A DNA stretch of 60,002 nucleotides, taken from Thermoplasmatales archaeon (GTDB lineage: Archaea; Thermoplasmatota; Thermoplasmata; Methanomassiliicoccales; Methanomethylophilaceae). The position numbers and the translations under genes were made by a program. The notes under the pieces are model-generated. The model was not told the origin of the DNA. It searched no databases and worked only from the letters and a program-made list of their open reading frames with translations. This document shows, piece after piece, positions 53,514 to 60,002 of the stretch (its first letter is position 1; each line of letters opens with the position of its first letter). The DNA is taken from assembly GCA_012522645.1 (NCBI GenBank), contig JAAYKC010000018.1:1-60002 (forward strand), in the 5' to 3' direction.

Positions 53514-55118
53514 ATGGCCTCCATAGATAACGCAAGATCTACTACCGGAACGAAGTGTCGCGTTCCTGATGTCAACCCCGTGAGCGGCATGTGCCCCATC
53601 TGCGTAGAGGATTGCAACACCCTCTGCGAGATAGGCAAGTCCGCTTTCAGGGGCAGAGAGGTGCTCTATCCCAGCCCTGAGTATTTCGGCATCAGCACAG
53701 CCTCCTCCAACAAGGACTTCTTCCTAGATTGGTCCCATTTCCAGATAATGGCTGAGCTCCTGAATGCCAAGGGTATAGAGCCTGATTCGGATGTGGCATT
53801 CTTCGAGAATGCCGATGTCAGGACCGTCATCGCCGCCGGGTCGAAGAAACCCATCCCGATGAAGCTGCCCGTGCACCTGGCCGGGCTCGGGTCAACGGCA
53901 ATCGCCAAGAAGTACTGGCGTGAGCTGGCTGCAGGGGCCGCCCTGTCCGGGGTCTGCCAGGTCATAGGGGAGAATGTATGCGGTATGGATTCGGATGCTG
54001 TATACAGCAACGGCAAGGTCCAGAACTCCAAGGAGATGGAGTTCCGTGTGAATTCCTACAGAGATCACTGGGACGGCGAGAACGGCAGGATAGTCGTACA
54101 GACCAATGTGGAGGACCAGCGCGGAGGCGTTGACGATTATGTCATATCCAAGCTTAACGTGGATGTGATCGAGAGGAAATGGGGGCAGGGTGCCAAGGCC
54201 ATCGGGGGAGAGGTCAGAGTGACATCCCTGGAAAAGGCACAGGAGCTCAAGAAGAGAGGATACATTGTGGATCCCGATCCCGAGGATCCGGATATCCAGT
54301 CTGCTTTCGGATTCGGGGTGTTCGATTCATTCGAAAGACACAGCCGCGTCGGGTTCCCTCAATACGAATCATTCCTGGAGGACGTTGATCAGTTGAGATC
54401 CAAGGGGGTAAGCAACATTTTCCTCAAGACAGGAGCCTTCAAGCCCGAGGCTGTTGCCTTCACTATGAAATGCGCGTCCGATGCCAAGATCGATCTGCTC
54501 ACCTTCGATGCGGCAGGGGGCGGTACGGGAATGTCCCCCGTGCCGATGATGAATGAGATGTCCACGCCCACGATACACCTGTACTCTCAGGTGATGCAGT
54601 GCGCCAAGATGCTGAAGTCCCGGGGCAGATATGTCCCTGACCTCTCCTTCGCAGGAGGTTTCATCAACGAGACTCAGATGTACAAAGCATTCGCCCTCTC
54701 TGATATGGGGGACGGCCCGGCGGTCAAATCCATTGCGATGGCCAGAGCGCCTCTGGCGGCGGCCATGAAGGGCAGGCATTTCTCCGACCTTGCCAAAGAG
54801 GGGAAGCTCCCGGCAGCCTTCACCAAGCAGTACGGTGAGAATCCTGAGAAGTTCTTCATAGGGGCGAGCAACATGGCCAAGAAGCACAAGGGCAAGACAC
54901 TCGGCACGGACATACCCTGGGGCGCCCTGGGCCTGTACACGTACTGGAACGACAGGATCGGCCTCGGCCTGAAGCAGCTCATGGCAGGAACCCGCAGGTT
55001 CAAGCTGAATTGCATAGAGCATGAGGATATCGTATCCCTCACAGAATATGCTGAGAAGGTCACGGGCGTTGAGACCCTTGAGAACAGGGCGGCCCGTGTC
55101 ATGGAAGCGTACCTCTGA
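53514..55118 (+). CDS. FMN-binding glutamate-synthase-related protein (GltB central-domain-like) with an N-terminal Cys cluster
   Basis: DAAGGGTGMSP (GG(T)GxSP FMN-domain motif). N-terminal CPICVEDCNTLCE. ATG at 53514 is preceded by AAGGTGA. Confidence 0.65.
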   Translation: MASIDNARSTTGTKCRVPDVNPVSGMCPICVEDCNTLCEIGKSAFRGREVLYPSPEYFGISTASSNKDFFLDWSHFQIMAELLNAKGIEPDSDVAFFENADVRTVIAAGSKKPIPMKLPVHLAGLGSTAIAKKYWRELAAGAALSGVCQVIGENVCGMDSDAVYSNGKVQNSKEMEFRVNSYRDHWDGENGRIVVQTNVEDQRGGVDDYVISKLNVDVIERKWGQGAKAIGGEVRVTSLEKAQELKKRGYIVDPDPEDPDIQSAFGFGVFDSFERHSRVGFPQYESFLEDVDQLRSKGVSNIFLKTGAFKPEAVAFTMKCASDAKIDLLTFDAAGGGTGMSPVPMMNEMSTPTIHLYSQVMQCAKMLKSRGRYVPDLSFAGGFINETQMYKAFALSDMGDGPAVKSIAMARAPLAAAMKGRHFSDLAKEGKLPAAFTKQYGENPEKFFIGASNMAKKHKGKTLGTDIPWGALGLYTYWNDRIGLGLKQLMAGTRRFKLNCIEHEDIVSLTEYAEKVTGVETLENRAARVMEAYL

Positions 55119-55180
55119 AACGACCCGAAGGGGTCCCTTAAAACCACTTACTTTTTAATGAACTTCCTCTATGATAACGC

Positions 55181-55774
55181 ATGAGGAAGAAGGAGCTTGA
55201 GATATCCTTGGAATCCATCCTCGGGTTCGATGATCCGGATCCTTCCCTGGAGCAGTATCCGACGCCCTCCGCCATAGCCTCTGACGTACTGTTCTCGGCT
55301 TATGCCTCGGGCGATGTCGCCGATTCCTCGGTTGCGGATCTCGGTTGCGGCCCCGGCATATTCTCCATAGGCGCCTGGATCTTAGGTGCAGGGAAGGTCA
55401 GGGGGTATGATGTATCGCCCTCTGCCATAGATGTAGCCGAGAGGAACGCCGGAAGATTCGAAGCTGACATCGAATTCACGGTTTGTGATGTGAGCGAGGT
55501 ATCCGAGAGCGCGGACACCGTATTCATGAACCCTCCCTTCGGATGTCAGAAGAAGAGGGCGGACAGACCCTTCCTTGATAAGGCAATGGAGATAGGGAGC
55601 AGCATATACTCCATCCATAAAGCAGAGACTTTGCCGTTCCTTACAGAGTATGTATCCGCCGCAGGAAGAGAAGTGACCGGCTATGCTACCTATAAGTATT
55701 ATATCCCCCACACGTTCTCGTTCCACAGCAAGACGAAACAGACGATTGACGTTGTGGTTGTCAATATAAGGTGA
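55181..55774 (+). CDS. METTL5-like N6-adenine methyltransferase (class I SAM MTase, NPPF motif)
   Basis: LEQYPTPS, DLGCGPGIFS and MNPPFG motifs. Confidence 0.7.
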   Translation: MRKKELEISLESILGFDDPDPSLEQYPTPSAIASDVLFSAYASGDVADSSVADLGCGPGIFSIGAWILGAGKVRGYDVSPSAIDVAERNAGRFEADIEFTVCDVSEVSESADTVFMNPPFGCQKKRADRPFLDKAMEIGSSIYSIHKAETLPFLTEYVSAAGREVTGYATYKYYIPHTFSFHSKTKQTIDVVVVNIR

Positions 55775-55778
55775 ATTC

Positions 55779-56342
55779 ATGTCAAAAAGCAGAAAGGTTT
55801 TCCCGGGCGATGAGATCGCGGTTGAAGAGGAGTATGCGGCTTCCGACGGAACGTTCGTAAGTGACGGCAAGATCTATGCATCCCAGATAGGGGATCTGGT
55901 TCTTGATGACGACGAGTACACAGCCAGGGTCGAGAGCCCCAACCCGCCCAATATACTGAAGGAGGGCGATATCGTGTACGCTGTTGTAGCGGATATAAGG
56001 AAAACTATGGCCACGGCGGATGTGGTGGCCAAGGACGGTACTGAGAGGCAGGTGGGAGGCGAGACATACGCCACAATACACGTGTCCAAGATCTCGCCCG
56101 GCTACACAGAGGACGTTTCCAAAGAGCTCAGGAAGGGCGATTTCATAAGGGCCAGAGTGATAGGCATCAAACCGTCGCTGCAGCTTACGACGAAAGAGGA
56201 GAATCTCGGAGTCATACGCGCCCTTTGCAGCAGATGCAAGGAGGAATTCGTCAGGAAGGGCGAGAACAGGCTGCACTGCGAAGAATGTAATTATACCATG
56301 TCCAGGAAACTGGCTGACGATTACGGCGACGTGCAGATCTGA
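55779..56342 (+). CDS. csl4: Exosome complex RNA-binding protein Csl4
   Basis: An S1 fold followed by a C-terminal zinc ribbon CSRCKEEF...CEECNY. 187 aa. Confidence 0.8.
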   Translation: MSKSRKVFPGDEIAVEEEYAASDGTFVSDGKIYASQIGDLVLDDDEYTARVESPNPPNILKEGDIVYAVVADIRKTMATADVVAKDGTERQVGGETYATIHVSKISPGYTEDVSKELRKGDFIRARVIGIKPSLQLTTKEENLGVIRALCSRCKEEFVRKGENRLHCEECNYTMSRKLADDYGDVQI

Positions 56343-56344
56343 AG

Positions 56345-56971
56345 ATGAGACTGGTGGCACTGCTCTCAGACGGGATCGATTCCCCTGTCGCGGTCTATCT
56401 CATGTGCCGGGCCGGCGCAGAAGTGATCCTCCTGAATATGGATAACGGCATATTCTGCGCCCCTGAATCTAAGGAAAAGGTGCGCCTGTTGGCAGAGAGG
56501 CTGCGCCTGGAGACGGGGCAGGAGCTCCCGCTTTACACAGCTGATCACGGTAACACTCTCGTTGCGTTCGCAGAGAAATGCGAGGATAATTACAGATGCA
56601 TACTGTGCAAGAGATCCATGCTTGGCTCTGCCAAGCTCTTCGCTCTTGATCACGGAGCGGACGGGATCCTCATGGGCGATTCCTTGGGGCAGGTAGCATC
56701 CCAGACCCTGTCCAACATACGATCGGAGCAGCATGGCCTGGGATTCCCCGTCATCAGACCGTTGATCGGCCTCGACAAACAAGAGATAATAGATATGGCT
56801 CAGAAGATCGGCACATATGAGATCTCGATCATGCGCACGGACGGATGCGGCGCTGTACCGAAATACCCCATGACTGAGGCCGGGGTCTACAAAACAAGGG
56901 AACAGCAGGAGAGAGTCGACTTCGATTCCCTCATCAGACATACGGCGGATTCCGCTGTAAGGACTCAGTAA
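56345..56971 (+). CDS. thiI: ThiI-like PP-loop ATP pyrophosphatase (tRNA 4-thiouridine/thiazole sulfur transferase core) without a THUMP domain
   Basis: LLSDGIDSPVA (SGGxDS-type PP-loop as in ThiI) and CILCKRSM CxxC motif. Only 208 aa. Confidence 0.65.
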   Translation: MRLVALLSDGIDSPVAVYLMCRAGAEVILLNMDNGIFCAPESKEKVRLLAERLRLETGQELPLYTADHGNTLVAFAEKCEDNYRCILCKRSMLGSAKLFALDHGADGILMGDSLGQVASQTLSNIRSEQHGLGFPVIRPLIGLDKQEIIDMAQKIGTYEISIMRTDGCGAVPKYPMTEAGVYKTREQQERVDFDSLIRHTADSAVRTQ

Positions 56972-57231
56972 CGGCTGAAGACTGTGCAGGAATACAGATC
57001 GTCGTCCTCGTACATCATGTCCATTGTCACGGTCCTGATGTATCTGGCCTGAACACGGGATATGTAAAGGATGTTATTCCCCACAGGAATACGTATATCC
57101 GTATCCTTGGGAGGCTTTATAGAGATCGGTACCATCACAGGGCCTCTGCAGGCAGTACTGATACGATAATCCTGACCGGAGTCCTCTATCATCTTCCTCA
57201 CGTCGTCAGAGACGACGATGTCGCTTTCCAT
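56965..57231 (-). CDS. Hypothetical 88-aa protein
   Basis: ORF with coding-like composition, convergent with thiI. I recognise no motif. Confidence 0.35.
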   Translation of the reverse strand: MESDIVVSDDVRKMIEDSGQDYRISTACRGPVMVPISIKPPKDTDIRIPVGNNILYISRVQARYIRTVTMDMMYEDDDLYSCTVFSRY

Positions 57232-57310
57232 AAGGTCTGAGAAAGAGGATACCCGTTATAACCTTTGTCTGATACCGAAGAATTAAACCTGTGCTCTATC
57301 ATCAGAATGC

Positions 57311-57772
57311 ATGGTTCTTATCTTGGACAGCTCGGCCCTTTTTGCGATGGAGGATCTTCCGGAGGAGGATTCTCTGTGCCCCCCGGGAGTTGTGGAGGAG
57401 CTCAGGAGACTCAAGGACGGGCGCCTGGACCTTTGGGGAGACCTTTTGCGCGTATCAGACTGCACGAAGGCCTCTGAGGACCGGGTCAAAGCAACAGCTA
57501 AGAAGAGCGGCGATTTGGGCAGGCTGTCGCCCGTGGACGTAAGCGTCATAGCACTGGCGCTTGATGTGAACGGCATCGTCCTCTCTGATGATTATTCGAT
57601 AGAGAATGTCTGCGCGATCATGGGGATCGAATACCGTGCGGTAGGAACATCCGGCATAAAACGGATAGAGAAATGGAACTACCGGTGCCTGGGGTGCGGC
57701 AGATGGTTCAAGGAGAAACTGGATGACTGCCCCGTCTGCGGTTCCGGCATGAGAGCCCATCGTAAGAGATGA
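57311..57772 (+). CDS. nob1: Nob1 endonuclease (PIN domain + zinc ribbon)
   Basis: MVLILDSSALF PIN start with acidic residues. C-terminal CLGCGRWF...CPVCGS. Confidence 0.8.
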   Translation: MVLILDSSALFAMEDLPEEDSLCPPGVVEELRRLKDGRLDLWGDLLRVSDCTKASEDRVKATAKKSGDLGRLSPVDVSVIALALDVNGIVLSDDYSIENVCAIMGIEYRAVGTSGIKRIEKWNYRCLGCGRWFKEKLDDCPVCGSGMRAHRKR

Positions 57773-58876
57773 TCACGGGAAGATCCCTTTGCAGCGTATG
57801 AGATTTGCCATGCGCCTCTTGCCCAGAAGTGACATGCACAACCCTGTCCTGAAATCGGAGCCGAATGCAAAGATATCAGCGAGCTTCTTATCTCTTGCCG
57901 CCGTTCTGAGCTGAGGAAGCATCACCCTGCGCCATTCTGTCTGGTAATCCTCCAGCGGTCTCCCGTCAGAGATGTTGTCCGCCGCCACTTTACCGCATAT
58001 GCGGCCCGCCATGAGAGCCAGCGGGACTCCTCCGCCGTTCACTGATATCACATGACCTGCCGCATCACCCACGGTCATCCCGTTACCCGCAACCGTGTTG
58101 CTCACCGGGCCCTCACTGGGAACGTGCTTGCCTGCAAGTTTGGTTGTTATATTGAGATCGTGCTTGAGCACGAATTTATTGAAGTATTCGCTCAAAGTAC
58201 CGTCAGAGAACTTCGGAGAGAAGCCTACTCCGACATTGGCACGACCGTCCTTGGGTATTATCCAACTGTAAGCCCCGGGGGCGATGCCTCCGAAGAACAT
58301 CACGATATACGGATCGAAATCCCCGTCAGCCTGAGCGGTCACCGCAGGATAGGGGTTCTTCGGCCTCGGCAGACCCAGCGCCCGGGATACTCTTGACCCG
58401 GGACCGTCTGCTCCGATTATCACCTTGTACTCTATCTCACCGAGAGACGTCACGGCCCTGCCGTCCTCTATGTCCGAGAACTGACAGCTGCTGATGAGCT
58501 CAGCACCTTCTTCCACAGCGAGCTTCGCCAGATGCTGATCGAATCTGTCCCTGTCGGTCGTGTATCCTGTGAACGGGAATTCCGTCTCCTTCCCCTTGGG
58601 GTTGACGAGTCTGATCCCTTCTATATCCCTCAGTCTGAGATTATCAGGGATCACATCGAACAGCTCCTCTAAGTTCCCGGCCTTCGGGAACATGTTCGAT
58701 ACCTCTTCGTTGGAGGTCATCAGCTCCCCGCACCTCACAGGTGCCCCTATCTCGGACTTCCTGTCTATGATCGTTACTTCAGCTCCGTTGAGCGCTGCGA
58801 ATCTGGCTGCGGTGGTTCCGGCCGGACCGGCCCCCACTACGAGCACGTCCGTCTTGATATTGGGCATAGCATTCAC
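57773..58876 (-). CDS. Geranylgeranyl reductase family flavoprotein (digeranylgeranylglycerophospholipid reductase-like)
   Basis: DVLVVGAGPAGTTAARFAA FAD fold. 367 aa. Coupled to the polyprenyl synthase gene. Confidence 0.8.
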   Translation of the reverse strand: MNAMPNIKTDVLVVGAGPAGTTAARFAALNGAEVTIIDRKSEIGAPVRCGELMTSNEEVSNMFPKAGNLEELFDVIPDNLRLRDIEGIRLVNPKGKETEFPFTGYTTDRDRFDQHLAKLAVEEGAELISSCQFSDIEDGRAVTSLGEIEYKVIIGADGPGSRVSRALGLPRPKNPYPAVTAQADGDFDPYIVMFFGGIAPGAYSWIIPKDGRANVGVGFSPKFSDGTLSEYFNKFVLKHDLNITTKLAGKHVPSEGPVSNTVAGNGMTVGDAAGHVISVNGGGVPLALMAGRICGKVAADNISDGRPLEDYQTEWRRVMLPQLRTAARDKKLADIFAFGSDFRTGLCMSLLGKRRMANLIRCKGIFP

Positions 58877-59838
58877 CTGTCGCGGGACACAGTATACTGT
58901 GCCAGAAGTATAAGTGATTCTTTGAATTCGGACTCGGGGATGTCGGACAGATACTTCTTCGCCCTATCCGCCGACATCTGTGCTCTTGCAACGCACCTGT
59001 CTAAGGAGTCCGTGCTCTTGATGAGCTCCAATGCTCTCTGCTTCTCCTCTTCGGTGAGCCCTTTCTTCCTGAACAGGGAAGCCATTTCTTTCCCGTGGAT
59101 TGCATGTTCCATGGCGTATATGATCGGCAACGTGGGCTTACCCTCCTCCAGATCGATCCCGATCTTCTTTCCGGTCATCCCTGGGTCCCCGGTGACATCC
59201 AGAACGTCATCGATTATCTGGAAGGCTATCCCTATTTCTGCCGCGAAACGTCCCATCTTATCTGTGGTCTTCTCGTCCGAGTCCGCAAGCATCGCACCCG
59301 CTCTGGCGCACGCCTCGATAAGGCTGGAGGTCTTGCCTCCGATTATCTCAAGATAATCATCCTCTGTGACCTTGTCCTTGTGCTCGAAACGCTGCTGCAC
59401 GAACTCGCTCTCTGCCATCGCTATCGCCGCACTGACTATCGTCTTGACTATATCTGCATGGGATTCGGCCAATATGCTGAAACCTTTGGCCAGCAGGAAG
59501 TCCCCTGTCACAACGGCTTTGCTGATGGAATACTCCCTGTGCAAAGTTCTCCTTCCCCGGCGCACCTCGCCGTTATCATTTATGTCATCGTGGATCAGCG
59601 AAGCGTTGTGCACTATCTCGAAGGCCGTTCCGACTCTCGCAGCGATCTCTCTGTCCTTCCCTCCGCATGCCAAGAAAGAGAGCATGCAGACCGCGGGCCT
59701 GAACTTCTTGCCGCCGGAACCCATCACATACTGACACATCTCATTGAGTTCAGAATTCTCAGAATAGGTAGCCTCTTCAGAGATCTTATCCACTCTCTGC
59801 ATATCATCTAAGATGGTATCGTACCAGGCCCTGGGCAT
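58873..59838 (-). CDS. Polyprenyl diphosphate synthase (GGPP synthase-like)
   Basis: First (LIHDDINDN) and second (IIDDVLD) Asp-rich motifs. Confidence 0.85.
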   Translation of the reverse strand: MPRAWYDTILDDMQRVDKISEEATYSENSELNEMCQYVMGSGGKKFRPAVCMLSFLACGGKDREIAARVGTAFEIVHNASLIHDDINDNGEVRRGRRTLHREYSISKAVVTGDFLLAKGFSILAESHADIVKTIVSAAIAMAESEFVQQRFEHKDKVTEDDYLEIIGGKTSSLIEACARAGAMLADSDEKTTDKMGRFAAEIGIAFQIIDDVLDVTGDPGMTGKKIGIDLEEGKPTLPIIYAMEHAIHGKEMASLFRKKGLTEEEKQRALELIKSTDSLDRCVARAQMSADRAKKYLSDIPESEFKESLILLAQYTVSRDR

Positions 59839-59944
59839 TGCAGATGGCTACACATATTACCTACTTAAATTCTTTCCAGTTTATCAAAAATGCAATCTGG
59901 CATAAGCCGGATATAATAAAAAAAGAAAGGGGTTGTTAAGGGGT

Positions 59945-60001
59945 TTAAGGCAGTATGCTGCCTATGAAATCGCCTGTTGCCTGACCGATGAGATCCAGCA
60001 G
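59945..60001 (-). CDS. C-terminal fragment of an unidentified ORF running off the window edge
   Basis: The reverse strand reads LLDLIGQATGDFIGSILP* with TAA at 59945-59947, followed by a GGCAG-tatg-CTGCC hairpin. Confidence 0.25.
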   Translation of the reverse strand: MLDLIGQATGDFIGSILP

Positions 60002-60002
60002 A

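Noticed and set aside
1-60002. CRISPR arrays, rRNA genes, intact IS elements/integrases, and genes split by in-frame TAG (pyrrolysine)
   Set aside because: I scanned the intergenic regions and ORF junctions by eye. I saw no regularly spaced repeats, no rRNA-like sequence and no DDE or integrase ORF. No adjacent same-frame ORF pair separated by TAG was seen.

Overview
This is a gene-dense archaeal chromosomal window. I call about 73 protein-coding genes (two are window-edge fragments, one a possible transposase remnant) and 4 tRNAs: Pro-TGG, intron-containing Tyr-GTA, Leu-TAA and Val-CAC. I found no rRNA, no CRISPR array and no intact mobile element. Archaeal identity is read directly from the ORFs: L44e, S27e, aIF2-alpha, Nop10, PAC2, RadA, class-I CCA enzyme, Trm11/THUMP, Csl4, Nob1, GGGP and DGGGP synthases, geranylgeranyl reductase, and a canonical 37/38 tRNA intron. 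An FmdE-domain protein, an F390-synthetase/PaaK-like ligase, a URO-D (MtaA-like) methyltransferase, Sel1-repeat proteins and many bacterial-type genes suggest a host-associated methyl-reducing methanogen of the Thermoplasmatota (Methanomassiliicoccales-like); this is inference only.

The most interesting locus is 36.8-45.4 kb. It carries a bacterial-type, full-length acetyl-CoA synthase (AcsB, with the complete A-cluster Cys motifs) and both corrinoid Fe-S protein subunits (AcsD, AcsC). It also carries a CooC/AcsF Ni-insertion ATPase, a RACo-type corrinoid reductive activase, a small core-MetE-like Zn methyltransferase and a leading double-ACT-domain protein. There is no CODH catalytic subunit and no pterin methyltransferase anywhere in the window.

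The second candidate system is a six-gene operon at 20.1-23.8 kb: DUF134 regulator, NifX-like protein, two MinD-type ATPases with inserted 2x[4Fe-4S] modules, an MBL-fold protein and a second NifX-like protein. A perfect palindrome lies upstream.

Other notable items:
- A rubredoxin-fused KstD-like flavoprotein next to a CDGSH/ferredoxin protein.
- An ALDH-fold protein whose catalytic Cys is replaced by Thr.
- An acetate-channel (SatP) gene whose conserved N-terminus lies upstream of any canonical start codon.
- Bacterial htpG between a tRNA and a transposase-like HTH remnant.
- A Tes/GDGT-MAS-like radical SAM gene near the ether-lipid genes.
- An orphan AbrB-type antitoxin-like gene beside tRNA-Val.

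All functional calls come from motif recognition by eye. No database search was run.
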